NCBI GenBank assembly: GCA_963826115.1
Contig: CAWGVS010000005.1
Location: 96,001 to 160,000, forward strand
Direction: 5' to 3'
Length of the DNA stretch: 64,000 bases
DNA from: an uncultured Candidatus Rokubacteria bacterium
Lineage (GTDB): Bacteria > Methylomirabilota > Methylomirabilia > Rokubacteriales > DASRDR01
Under the pieces are notes generated by a model that was not told the origin of the DNA, did not search any database, and saw only the letters and a list, made by a program, of their open reading frames with translations. A program made the translations under genes and the position numbers. Shown here one piece after another: positions 17,532-28,100 of this stretch. Position 1 is the first letter of the stretch, and every line of letters starts with the position of its first letter.

Positions 17532-19084
17532 CGCTGGGACTCGAGGGGCGGCAGCTGGGCGGCCTGAGCCTTCAGTGACGAGCGATCGAGCTTGCCCGTC
17601 CCGCCGAGCGGCAGCTTGTCCAGGAAGAAGACGCGCCGCGGGTGGGCGTAGGGGGCGCCGCGCTCGAGGAAAAAGCGCTTGACCTCCTCCTCGTCCGGCG
17701 GGGCCGCGGGGTCCCGGGCCACCACGTACGCGACCGGCGCCTCGCCCTTGGTCGCATGCGGCGCGGGGACGACGCAGGCGTCCTTCAGGCCCGGGTGCCG
17801 GAGGAGGACGTCCTCGACCTCCTTCGGGTAGAGGTTCTCGCCGGCGACGTTGATCATGTCGTCCTTGCGGCCGACGAAGTAGTAGTAGCCCTCCCCGTCC
17901 CGGCGCATGAGGTCACCCGTGTAGAGCCAGCCGTCCCGGATCTTCTGCGCGGTCACCTGGGGCAGCTTCCAGAAGCCCTTGGTGAGCCCCGGGTTCCTCG
18001 TGACGAGCTCCCCGACCTCGTCGACGGCGCAGTCGGTGACGCCGTCGGTCGTCGAGACGATGCGGTTCTCGCAGCTCTGGACGTCGACGCCGCAGGAGCC
18101 GAGCTTCTTGAGCCCGTAGCGCGGATTGGCCATCGGGACCGGGCCGCCCTCGGTCAGGCCGTACGACTCGCCGATCGGCGCCCCGAACACCCGCTGGAAC
18201 TCGATCAGGAGCTCCTCGGGGACCTCGGCGGACCCGCAGAGCGCGTAGCGGATGGACCGGACGCTGTGCCGCGCGAGGGTGTCCTTCTCGGCCAGCATCA
18301 TCTTGTACATGGCCGGCACGCCGGTGAGGTAGGTCACCTTGTGACGATCGATGGCGCGGATCACCTCGACCGGGTCGAAGCCGGGCAGGATGACGAGCGA
18401 GCCGCCCGCCAGGAGGAACGGCTTGACCGCGCCGATCATCGCGTTCTTGTGGTAGAGCGGCACGGCGACCAGCGCGCGCTCGGTGTCGTCGAGGCACGCC
18501 ATCTTCCGGATGATGTCGGCGTTCCACACCTGGCCGCGGTGGGCGAGGAGGACCCCCTTGGGCTTCCCGGTGGAGCCCGAGGTGTAGGGCTGCATGCAGA
18601 CCGAGTCCGGGTCGAGCCGGCGCCGGCGGAAGCGCGGCGACGCGGCGTCGAGCCAGGCGTCCCACCCGATGGCGCCGTCGGCGGGCGGGGCGTCCGCAAC
18701 GACGTGCGCCAGCCCCTTCACCTGGCTCGCGAGGCGTCGGGCCCGCTCGGCCTGGTCGCGGCCCGCGATCAGGACCGTCGCCTCGGCGTCCTGGACGACG
18801 TACGCCAGGGCCTCGTCCCCCATCCGGATGTTCAGCGGGACCGAGACCGCGCCGACCCGCATCGGGCCGAGGAAGGCGGGCAGGAAGCGCCAGTCGTTCG
18901 AGAACATGAGGGCGACGCGGTGGCCGGCGCGCACGCCGAGGCCCGTGAGGGCGTTCGCGGCCCGGTTGCACCAGCCGTCGAGGTCCGCGTACGTGAGGCT
19001 CGTGTCGCCCTGGATGACCGCCACCGACGACGGGGCGAGGCGGAGGGGGATGTCGAACAGGTGGCCCAGGGTGTCGGGGAGCAT
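17528..19084 (-). CDS. Acyl-CoA synthetase (AMP-forming CoA ligase)
   Basis: YTSGSTGKPKG, YGLTE, TGDL, GRKDDMI, GKLDR; AAGGAG RBS. Confidence 0.92.
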   Translation of the reverse strand: MLPDTLGHLFDIPLRLAPSSVAVIQGDTSLTYADLDGWCNRAANALTGLGVRAGHRVALMFSNDWRFLPAFLGPMRVGAVSVPLNIRMGDEALAYVVQDAEATVLIAGRDQAERARRLASQVKGLAHVVADAPPADGAIGWDAWLDAASPRFRRRRLDPDSVCMQPYTSGSTGKPKGVLLAHRGQVWNADIIRKMACLDDTERALVAVPLYHKNAMIGAVKPFLLAGGSLVILPGFDPVEVIRAIDRHKVTYLTGVPAMYKMMLAEKDTLARHSVRSIRYALCGSAEVPEELLIEFQRVFGAPIGESYGLTEGGPVPMANPRYGLKKLGSCGVDVQSCENRIVSTTDGVTDCAVDEVGELVTRNPGLTKGFWKLPQVTAQKIRDGWLYTGDLMRRDGEGYYYFVGRKDDMINVAGENLYPKEVEDVLLRHPGLKDACVVPAPHATKGEAPVAYVVARDPAAPPDEEEVKRFFLERGAPYAHPRRVFFLDKLPLGGTGKLDRSSLKAQAAQLPPLESQR

Positions 19085-19138
19085 TGCGGGGCGATCTCCT
19101 TCAGGAGCTGGTGGCGATGAAGGGCACGCTGGAGTCCG

Positions 19139-19148
19139 ATTGTACACA
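19139..19148 (-). promoter_or_regulatory. Extended -10 (TGTG-TACAAT) upstream of the CoA ligase operon
   Basis: Minus strand reads tgtgtacaat ~55 nt before the ATG. Confidence 0.45.
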
Positions 19149-19198
19149 GGCGCGTCCATCGCGGGAAAGCGACCACCTGGAGTAGGCTAGGACGCGCG

Positions 19199-22100
19199 AT
19201 GACGTGCCCGGGGTGCGGGTCCGCCGTCCAGGCCGACTTCGCCTTCTGCCCGAGGTGTGGGGGTCCGCTCGCGTCTGCGCGCTCGTCGTCGAGCGGCGCG
19301 GCGCCGGCCCCGCCCGTCGCGCGGGAAGGTGCGCCCGTCGCCGCCGCCAGGGCCGCCGACCGCCAGGCGGAGGGCGACCGGCGGCTGGTCACCGTCCTGT
19401 TCGCGGACCTGGCGGGGTTCACCGCGCTCGCGGAGTCCCTGGATCCGGAGGAAGTCCGCGCGCTTCAGACCGATCTCTTCCGGGAGCTGTCGGGCGCGGT
19501 CGAGCGCTACGACGGCTTCGTCGAGAAGTTCGTCGGGGACGCGGTCATGGCGGTCTTCGGCGCGCCCCGCGCGCACGAGGACGACCCCGAGCGCGCGCTC
19601 CACGCCGCCCTCCTCATGCACGAGCGGGTCGCCGCGCTGAGCGCGCGATGGGAGCCGCGTGTCGGCCGGCCGCTGGCCCTCCACATCGGCGTGAACACCG
19701 GCCCCGTGGTGGCCGGCACCATCGGCGCGGCGTCCGGGGGCGCCTACGCGGTCACCGGCGACACCGTCAACACGGCGTCGCGGCTCCAGAGCGCGGCGCC
19801 CGCGGGCGAGACCCTCGTGAGCCCGTCCACGCGGCAGCTGACGGCGCACGCCTTCCGCCTGGCTCCGGCGGGCGAGATCGCAATGAAAGGGAAGAGCCAG
19901 CCGCTCGCAGCCTTCCGGCTCGCGAACGCGCGCGCGACCCGCCGCTCCGGGCGGGGGCTCGCGGCGCTGGGACTGAGTGCGCCCATGGTGGGCCGGGCGG
20001 CCGAGCTCGGCCAGATGGTCACCGTATTCGACGAGATGCGCCAGGGCGGGGCGCGGGTGGTGAGCGTGACCGGCGAGGCCGGCGTGGGCAAGTCGCGCCT
20101 GCTCCAGGAGTGGCTCGCAACGCTCGAGGCGAGCGGGCGGCTTGCCTCGGTGAGCGTGCGCCACGCCGTGTGCTCCTCGCTCGGCGAGCAGCCCTACGCG
20201 GTGTTCGCCGCCTTCTTCCGGGAAGCGTACGGCGTGGGCCCCGGCGACTCCCTCGAGGTCGCCCGGCAGAAGCTCGCCTCGGGCCTGGTGGCGCTGGGCG
20301 GGGAGGGGGAGGAAGCGGCCACGATCGCGTCGCTCCTCGGATACGTCCTGGGGGTCGAGGACGCCGATCGCTTCCGCCACGTCGAGCCCGAGCAGCTCAA
20401 GCGCCAGATCTTCCTCGCGATGCGGCGCCTGATCGAGCGACGGCTCCGGCAGGGCCCGCTCGTGCTGACCGTCGAGAACCTCCACTGGGCCGACGCCGCC
20501 TCGGCGGAGCTCCTCCAGGTGGTGCTCGACCGGCTCGCGGACCAGCCGCTCATGCTCGTCGCGACCTGCCGGCCGGGCGCGGAGCTCCGGGCCCTCGCCA
20601 CGACCCGCGCCGTGCACACCGCGCTCCGCCTGATGCCGCTGTCGCCGCGCGAGAGCGAAGCCTTGCTGGCGGCCTACCTCGGCGAGTCGACCGCAGGCAT
20701 GCCGCCGCGCCTCCATCAGCTGGTCCTCGAGCGGGCCGGCGGGCAGCCGCTCTATCTGGAGGAGATCCTCCGCGGCCTGATCGCCTCCGGCATCCTCGTC
20801 CGCGGGGAGGCCGGGTGGACGTGCACCGCCGGGGCCGCCGTCGCGGACGTGCCGCCGACCATCCACGGACTCCTGCTCGCCAGGGTCGACCGCCTCCCGG
20901 ACGGCGTGCGGCACGCTCTCCAGGAGGCCGCGGTCCTGGGGCCGGTCTTCGACGCCGCCCTTCTCCGCGAGGTCGCGAGCGACCCCGCCGACTTGGAGCC
21001 CGCGCTGGAGCATCTCCGCGGGGCCGACTTCCTGGAGACCGCGGCGGGACTGACGGACGACGCCGCGGCGGGCGCGCCGCGAGATCGCCGCTACCGGTTC
21101 ACGAACGCGCTCCTCCAGGAGGTCGCGTACCAGAGCCTTCTGCTTCGCCGCCGGATCGAGCTTCACGCGCGGGCGGGTCGGGCGCTGGAGGGCATGGTCG
21201 GCGGGCGTCCGACGCGGCTCGAGGACATCGAAGCCCTTGCTCGCCACTGGGACCTGGGCGGCGACCGGCGCAAGGCGGCGCGCTACCTCGTGGCGGCGGG
21301 CGACTGGGCCCGCAGGCTCTACGCCAACGAGGACGCCATCCAGCACTACGAGCGGGCACTCGCGACGCTCGCCCGGTCCGAGGCACCCGCCGGTGAGGTC
21401 TCGACCATCGAGGAGCGCCTGGCCGACATCCTGACGCCCCTCGGACGTCGCGCCGAGGCGCTCGCGCACTACGAGCGGGTTCTCGCCGCGGCCGCGGCAG
21501 CCGGAGACCGGTCGACCCAGGCCCGGCTCGAACGGAAGCTCGCGACCCTCGCCTGGGATGCGGGCGACCGGCCGGCGGCCGCCGCCCGGCTCCGGGCCGG
21601 GCTCGAGCTCATGGAGGGCCAGCCGGAGGACATCGAGCTGGCGCACCTCTACCACGAGATGGGGCGGCAGGCGTTCCGGAGCGGCGACAACGAGGGCGCG
21701 GTCGCCTGGGCGGAGCGGGCCCTCGCTCAGGCCGAGCGCCTCGGCGCGGCGCCGGCCGGCTCCGACGCGCCGATCCCGGGCGACCGCGCCACCGAGATCG
21801 CCCTCGCCGTGACGCAGGCCTACAACACCCTCGGAGTCGCCCTCGCCCGCATGGGGCGACTCCAGGACGCGGTCGGGCATCTCGAGCGGAGCCTCGCGGT
21901 GGCCGAGGCCCACGAGCTGATGCAGGCGGCCTGCCGCGGCTACACGAACCTGGGCGTCCTCTACAGTACGCTCGATCCCAAGCGCGCCATTGACACGTGC
22001 CTCCGGGGGCTCGAGATGGCGAAGAAGATCGGGGACCTCGGGCTCCAGTCGCGGCTGAACACGAACCTGGCGGTCGCGTACTGCGCGCTCACGAACCGGT

Positions 22101-22441
22101 GCGAGGAGCAGGGACTCACGGCCGCGCACACGGCCCTCGACCTGGACCGCCAGCTCGGCCAGCTCGACCACCTCGCGGTGCCGCTGATCGTGCTGGGCCA
22201 GATCCAGCAGTGCCACGGCGACCCCGAGCTGGCGCTGGGCTACTACCGCGAGGCGCTCGCCCTCGTCGAGCCGACGGGAGAGCCGCAGTTCCTCTTCCCT
22301 TGCTATGATGGCCTGGCCACGCTCTACCTCGACCGCGACGACCACGTCCGGGCCGAGGAATTCATGCAGAAGGCGCAGCAGGTGTGCGAGCAGGCCGGAC
22401 TCGATCCGGAGTCCTTCGTGGTCCTTCCGTTCCTCGAATAG
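19199..22441 (+). CDS. Zinc ribbon + class III adenylate/guanylate cyclase + P-loop NTPase + TPR protein
   Basis: CPGC..CPRC, VLFADLAGFT, EKFVGDAV, GDTVNTASRL, Walker A GEAGVGKS, ENLHWAD, C-terminal TPR-like helices. Confidence 0.92.
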   Translation: MTCPGCGSAVQADFAFCPRCGGPLASARSSSSGAAPAPPVAREGAPVAAARAADRQAEGDRRLVTVLFADLAGFTALAESLDPEEVRALQTDLFRELSGAVERYDGFVEKFVGDAVMAVFGAPRAHEDDPERALHAALLMHERVAALSARWEPRVGRPLALHIGVNTGPVVAGTIGAASGGAYAVTGDTVNTASRLQSAAPAGETLVSPSTRQLTAHAFRLAPAGEIAMKGKSQPLAAFRLANARATRRSGRGLAALGLSAPMVGRAAELGQMVTVFDEMRQGGARVVSVTGEAGVGKSRLLQEWLATLEASGRLASVSVRHAVCSSLGEQPYAVFAAFFREAYGVGPGDSLEVARQKLASGLVALGGEGEEAATIASLLGYVLGVEDADRFRHVEPEQLKRQIFLAMRRLIERRLRQGPLVLTVENLHWADAASAELLQVVLDRLADQPLMLVATCRPGAELRALATTRAVHTALRLMPLSPRESEALLAAYLGESTAGMPPRLHQLVLERAGGQPLYLEEILRGLIASGILVRGEAGWTCTAGAAVADVPPTIHGLLLARVDRLPDGVRHALQEAAVLGPVFDAALLREVASDPADLEPALEHLRGADFLETAAGLTDDAAAGAPRDRRYRFTNALLQEVAYQSLLLRRRIELHARAGRALEGMVGGRPTRLEDIEALARHWDLGGDRRKAARYLVAAGDWARRLYANEDAIQHYERALATLARSEAPAGEVSTIEERLADILTPLGRRAEALAHYERVLAAAAAAGDRSTQARLERKLATLAWDAGDRPAAAARLRAGLELMEGQPEDIELAHLYHEMGRQAFRSGDNEGAVAWAERALAQAERLGAAPAGSDAPIPGDRATEIALAVTQAYNTLGVALARMGRLQDAVGHLERSLAVAEAHELMQAACRGYTNLGVLYSTLDPKRAIDTCLRGLEMAKKIGDLGLQSRLNTNLAVAYCALTNRCEEQGLTAAHTALDLDRQLGQLDHLAVPLIVLGQIQQCHGDPELALGYYREALALVEPTGEPQFLFPCYDGLATLYLDRDDHVRAEEFMQKAQQVCEQAGLDPESFVVLPFLE

Positions 22442-22451
22442 GGAGACGCAC

Positions 22452-23099
22452 ATGACCGCAACCGAGTCCCGACCGCCCGTCCAGCCGGGAGAGCCGGCTC
22501 CCGAGTTCACCCTTCCGGCAGCGAGCGGGGAAGGCTCCGTGTCGCTCGCCCAGTACCGAGGGAAGAGCCCGGTGTACCTCGCGCTCTTCCGCGGGCTCTA
22601 CTGCTCGTTCTGCCGGCGGCACGTCGTCCACCTGGGATCGATCGCCGAGAAACTGCGAGAGGTGGGCGTCCAGACGCTGGGCGTGGTCGCCACGGATCCC
22701 GAGCGGGCGCGTTTCTACTTCAAGTTCCGTCCACCCAAGATGCCGATGGGTGCCGATCCGGACCTCAAGACGCACCAGACGTATGGGCTGCCGAACTTCC
22801 CGCTCTCGGCCGACGCGTTGGGCGTCGGAAATGCCGCGGCGGCCCGGGAGTTGCGCCACCTGAACCAGCCGGTGCCGGCCGAGCCGCTCCAGGCCTTCAT
22901 GAAGCTGGACGGGTACGAGGCGACTCCGGCCGACAACGACGACTTCAAGCGCCATCAGGTGCAGCTGATCGGCACTTTCCTCCTCGATCGGGGCGGTATC
23001 GTGCGCCACGCCTTCGTGGAGTGCGCCCAGGGTGGTCCCGCCGCATTCGGCGAGATGCCCTCGGCGGAGCAGATCCTGGCGAGCGCGCGGGCGCTCTGA
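22452..23099 (+). CDS. AhpC/TSA peroxiredoxin-like (redoxin) protein
   Basis: GEPAPEFTL, LFRGLYCSFCRRH (CxxC), GTFLLDRGGIVR; GGAG RBS. Confidence 0.85.
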   Translation: MTATESRPPVQPGEPAPEFTLPAASGEGSVSLAQYRGKSPVYLALFRGLYCSFCRRHVVHLGSIAEKLREVGVQTLGVVATDPERARFYFKFRPPKMPMGADPDLKTHQTYGLPNFPLSADALGVGNAAAARELRHLNQPVPAEPLQAFMKLDGYEATPADNDDFKRHQVQLIGTFLLDRGGIVRHAFVECAQGGPAAFGEMPSAEQILASARAL

Positions 23100-23126
23100 C
23101 GTCCCGAGACGGTGAAGCGCCGCCGG

Positions 23127-24728
23127 TCAGGCCGGCGGCTTGAGCCCGACGACGTTGAACGTTGGGACCGGCCGGGAGAGGCCGCGGAGCGAGAGCGCGC
23201 CGACCTCCTCCGCCTGGATGAGCTCCTCGGTCGCGGCAGCGACGCGCGAGGTGATCAGGACCTGGCCGCCCTGCGCCTCCGCGCAGAGCCGCGCGGCGAG
23301 GTTGGTAACCGTGCCGATCGCGCCGTAGTCCCAGCGGCCCTCGAAGCCGATCGCGCCGATCGTCGCGTAGCCCTGGGCGATCCCTACGCCCAGGTCCAGG
23401 TCGTGGCCGCGCTTCCGCCAGACCCCCCGGAGCTCGCGGACGCGGTCCCGCATGGCGGCGGCCATCCGGACGGCGCGCTCGGCGGGGTTGTCGACGGGCA
23501 CCGGGTCGTTGAAGAAGACCATCATGCCGTCGCCGGCGAACCGCTCGAGCGTGCCCTCGTGCGCGAGGATGAGCTGTCCCATCGCCTCGTGGTACTCGCG
23601 GAGGACCCCCATCACCTCTTCCGGCTCCGCCGTCTCCGCGAAGGCGGTGAAGCCGCGCAGGTCGAGGAAGACGACGGTGATCTCGCGGCGGTGCGTGCGG
23701 AGCGGGTCGCCGGCGCCGCCGGCCACGATCAGCTCGGCGAGCTGGGGCGAGAAGAACCGCTTCAGCCGGCCGAGTCGCTCCACCTGGGCGACCTGGTCCT
23801 GGACGCGCTGCTCGAGCGTGCGATTCCACTCCGCCAGCTCGGCCGAGTGCCGCGCTTCCTGGTCGCGCAGACGCTTCTTCTCCAGGCACGCGCCGATGCG
23901 GGCCCGGAGCAGGACGGGGTCGCACGGCTTTGGCAGGTAGTCCTCGGCCCCGAGCTCGATCGAGCGGACGACGCTGGCGGCCTCGTCGAGCGCCGAGATC
24001 ATCAAGACCGGGATGTGGCGTCGCTCCGGATCGCGCTTCAGACGCTCCAGCACGGCCGGCCCGTCGAGGTCGGGCATCATGACGTCGAGCAGGACGAGGT
24101 CGACCGGCTCGACCTGGAGGAGCGCGAGAGCTTCGAGACCGCCCTTTGCCGCCCGGACCTGGTGCCCCTCGCGCGCCAGGCGCCGCGAGAGGAGCGTGCG
24201 ATTCTCCTCGTCATCGTCGACGACCAGGATCGTCGCCGGCGCGACGGCGGGGCCGTGAGTCACCACCGTCGTCTCGGCACCCGGCCCCGGGTGGAGCGGG
24301 GGAGCGGTGGGGGAGCTGAACGGCGCGCCCGGCAACGTTGCCGTGAGGCCGCCCCGGACCAGCGTCCTGAGCCTCGTCAGCGCCGTCGCGATGCGCTGCG
24401 CGTCGGAGGCGACCGTGGCGCTCTGGCCGTCGCCAGCCAGGCGCCCGAGACGGTCCACGGCCTCGCCGAGCCGCGCGAGGGGCGCCTCGAGTGCGGCCGT
24501 GAGGCGGCCGCGGTCCGGCGGGCCTTCGCTGACGCGGACGGCGGAGAGGGACTCCTCGACCACCGCCAGTAGCGCCCGGCCGTCGCCGAGGACCCGCCGG
24601 AGCTGGGTCGCGAGCTCTCCGCCTTCATCCGCGTCCTCGAGCAGCATCTCGCTGTAGCCCAGGATGTGATTGAGCGGCGTGCGCAGCTCGTGCCGGAGGT
24701 GCGCGAGCCCGCCCGGGTCGCCGGTCAT
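23127..24728 (-). CDS. HisKA + receiver + class III adenylate/guanylate cyclase
   Basis: [62 protein letters not shown]. Confidence 0.9.
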   Translation of the reverse strand: MTGDPGGLAHLRHELRTPLNHILGYSEMLLEDADEGGELATQLRRVLGDGRALLAVVEESLSAVRVSEGPPDRGRLTAALEAPLARLGEAVDRLGRLAGDGQSATVASDAQRIATALTRLRTLVRGGLTATLPGAPFSSPTAPPLHPGPGAETTVVTHGPAVAPATILVVDDDEENRTLLSRRLAREGHQVRAAKGGLEALALLQVEPVDLVLLDVMMPDLDGPAVLERLKRDPERRHIPVLMISALDEAASVVRSIELGAEDYLPKPCDPVLLRARIGACLEKKRLRDQEARHSAELAEWNRTLEQRVQDQVAQVERLGRLKRFFSPQLAELIVAGGAGDPLRTHRREITVVFLDLRGFTAFAETAEPEEVMGVLREYHEAMGQLILAHEGTLERFAGDGMMVFFNDPVPVDNPAERAVRMAAAMRDRVRELRGVWRKRGHDLDLGVGIAQGYATIGAIGFEGRWDYGAIGTVTNLAARLCAEAQGGQVLITSRVAAATEELIQAEEVGALSLRGLSRPVPTFNVVGLKPPA

Positions 24729-25090
24729 CGGGTGAGGAGGACCTCGATCTTGCCGAGGAGCCGGTCGAGCTCGATCGGCTTCGTGTCGAAGTCGTCGCAT
24801 CCCGCGTCGAGGGCCTTCTCGCGGTCGCCCGCCATCGCGTGCGCGGTGAGGGCGATGATGGGGATCGCCCGGGTGGCCGGGTCGGCGCGGAGCTCTCGCG
24901 TCGCCTCCCACCCGTCGAGGACGGGCAGGCTCATGTCCATCAGCACGAGGGCCGGCCGCTCGGCGCGCGCCTTGTCCACGCCCTCCCGACCGTCCACCGC
25001 GACCACCACCTCGTAACCGCGCTTGGTCAGGCGCCGCGAGAGCATGTCGCGGTTCATCTCGTTGTCCTCGATGAGGAGGATCTTCGCCAT
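24725..25090 (-). CDS. Single-domain response regulator (DivK-like)
   Basis: KILLIEDNEMNRDML, LMDMSLP, ALTAHAM, FDTKP. Confidence 0.92.
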   Translation of the reverse strand: MAKILLIEDNEMNRDMLSRRLTKRGYEVVVAVDGREGVDKARAERPALVLMDMSLPVLDGWEATRELRADPATRAIPIIALTAHAMAGDREKALDAGCDDFDTKPIELDRLLGKIEVLLTR

Positions 25091-25138
25091 CAGGCTCTCC
25101 TCGCTGGGTTGGCCCACGTCCCCACCGCGCGTGTCATC

Positions 25139-28100
25139 TCAGGCGGGTCTCCGGATCCGCCGACCGTGGCGGGCCGACGCGGCGACCAGGTCGCGCACCT
25201 CGCCGAGGAGCGTCTCGCGGCTCAGCGCGCCCTTCTGGAGGACGCGCGCCACGTACCCGTTGAGGCGCTCGTGGTCCTCGGAGGAGAGGTCCTTCGCCGT
25301 GATGACGACGATCGGTACGGAGCGCCACGCGGGGTTCTCCCGGGCGGCGGCGACGAAGTCGAATCCGTCCATCTCGGGCATCATGAGATCGAGGAGAACC
25401 ACGCCGGGCACGCTCTCGCGGAGCCGGTCCAGTGCCGCGCGGCCGTTATCAGCCTCGATGACGGCGTAGCCTTCCCGCTCCAGCATCCGCCGCGCCAGCT
25501 CGCGGAAGTCCGGATCGTCGTCGACGACGAGGACAGGGAGGTCCTGGCGGTAGCGCCCGAGCACGGCCACGAGACGCTCGCGATCGATCGGCTTGGTCAG
25601 GTAGTCGGCGGCCCCGAGGGTATACCCGAGATTCCGGTCGTCGAGCATGGTCAGCATCACCACGGGGATGTCGGCCAGCTCCGCGTTCGCCTTCAGCGCC
25701 GCGAGCACGGACCAGCCGTCCATGCCGGGCATGAGGACGTCGAGCGTGATGACGTCTGGTCGGAGCTCCCGGGCGCGCCGCAGGCCCTCCTCTCCGCTCG
25801 ACGCCGTGACGACGCGGAACCCTTCCTTGCCGAGGAATCGCGACATCAGGTCGCGTACCGCCCCGTCGTCGTCGACCACCAGCACGGTGTTCGCGCCGGC
25901 CGATGCCGGCTCGCTCTTCGCGGGCGCCGGCGGCTCGCGCTTGGCGTCCGTCACCTCCGCCGGCAGCCGGATCGTGAACGTGCTGCCGCGTCCGGCCTCA
26001 CTCACCACCGTGATGTCTCCGCCCATCATCCGGCAGAGGCGGCGCGAGAGCGCGAGCCCGAGCCCCGTTCCCCCGTAACGCCGGGTGGTCGAGGCATCCG
26101 CCTGTCCGAACTCCTGGAAGAGCCGGCCGATCTGCTCCGACGTCATGCCGATGCCGGTATCGCCTACCGCGAAGACGATCGCGGCGCCGTCCTGCGCCGC
26201 GTCCCGGCTGACGGCCACCGACACGACGCCGCGCTCGGTGAACTTGCACGCGTTCGACAGGAGGTTGAAGAGCGCCTGTCGGAGCTTGGTGAGGTCCGCG
26301 CGCATGGCGCCGACATCCGGGGGGCAATGGACCTCGACCCGGTTCGCGTTCTTCTGGGCGAGAGGCTCCAGCACCGCGGCGACGTCGCGCACGAGCGGCG
26401 CGACCTCGAAGGACTCCAGATAGAGCTCCATCTTTCCCGCTTCGATCTTCGACAGGTCGAGCACGGCGTTGATGAGCTCGAGGAGGTGCTTGCCCGCGGC
26501 GTGGATGCGCTGGAGGTCCGGGAGGAAGCCCTCGGCGTGCTGGTCCTGCGCTTCCTCCTGCAGCATCTCGCTGTAGCCGATGATGGCGTTCAGAGGCGTG
26601 CGGAGCTCGTGGGACATGTTGGCCAGGAACTCCGACTTGTGGCGGCTGGCGACCTCCAGCTCCCGGCTCTTTGCCTCGATCTCCCGGAAGAGCCGCGCAT
26701 TCTGGATGGCCAGGGCGGACTGTCCCGCGAAGGTTTGGAGGAGATTCACGACCTCGTCCGGGTACAGACCAACCGCCTGCCGCCACACGGTCAGCACGCC
26801 CAGGATCCGGTTCTCCGACAGGAGCGGGACCGCCAGGACCGAGCGGTAGCCCCGCTGGAGCAGGACGGTCCGGAGCCGGGTCGCGCTGTACGAGCGCTCG
26901 TCGGTGATGTCCGGAAGCTGGACGGGCTCGCGCCGGAGCGCGGCCTGGCCCGTCGCACCCTCTCCGAGACGGAGCGGCTCTGCGCGTAGCACCTCCAGCA
27001 GCTCGTCGGGCATCTGGTGGCTGGCCTGGAGCTCGAAAGCCTGCGTCGCCTCGTCGTACTCGTAGACCACGCCGCCACCCGCGCCCGCGAGCTGGACCGC
27101 GCGGCTCACGATGGTCGTCAGGACGGTGGGCAGATCCAGGGTGGAGCTGACCGTGCGGCTGACGGCGCTCAGCGCCTGCAGCTCCTCGACCGACCTGGTG
27201 AGCTCCCCGGTTCGCGCCTGCAGCTCCGTCAGGAGGCGGACGTTCTCGATGGCGATGACGGCCTGGTCGGCGAAGGTGGTCACCAGCTCGATCTGCTTGT
27301 CGGTGAACGGCCGTACCTCCGACCGCCACATTGCGAACACGCCGATGAGCACCTGCTCCCGGAGCATCGGCACGCCGAGAAGGGTCCGGATGTTCCCCAT
27401 GCCAGGCGCCTCGCTATTCTTGTGGCGCCAGTCCGCGTCCGCCTGAGCGTCGGGGATCTGGGCCGTCCGTCGATCCAGAGCGACCCGGCCGACGACCGAG
27501 CCATCGCCGGCGCGAATGGGGTGATCGCGGGTGAAGTCTCTGAATGCGGAAGGCGCGTTGTAGTCCGCGGCCAGATCGAACAGCTGGCCGCTCGATCGGA
27601 AGATGAACCCTTGCTGCGCGCCGCACAGCCGCGTCGCGTTCTCGACCAAGGTCGCCAGGACCGGCTGGAGGTCGAACGTCGACCGGCTGATGACCTTCAG
27701 AACCTCGCTGGTGGCGGTCTGCTGCTCGAGGGCCTCGGTGAGATCGCGGTTGCGCGCGTCCAATTCCTTGAACAGGCGCACGTTCTCGATGGCGATGACC
27801 GCCTGATCCGCGAACGTCTCCAAGAGCTTGATCTGCTTGTCCGAGAACGGGCGGACTTCCATGCGGCGGATCAGGATCGCGCCGAGCGCCTGGCCCTCGC
27901 GCAGAAGGGGCGTGGCCAGCGTGGTGCGGTGGCCCGTGAGCCGCTGGGTCTCCCGGCCCACGGGGTACTCGGCCTCCGATTCGGCCATGAGGTCATGGAC
28001 GTGAATGGTTCTTCGGTCCACGACGGCACGACCCGTCACCCAGCCGCGGCCGATGGGCCTCGCGGGAGGACTGGGGATTGGCCCGAACGAGGCGGCCGGC

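Noticed and set aside
22452-23099. Additional selenoproteins among the redoxins (also TlpA 54771-55316)
   Set aside because: Both have ordinary CxxC codons and uninterrupted frames.
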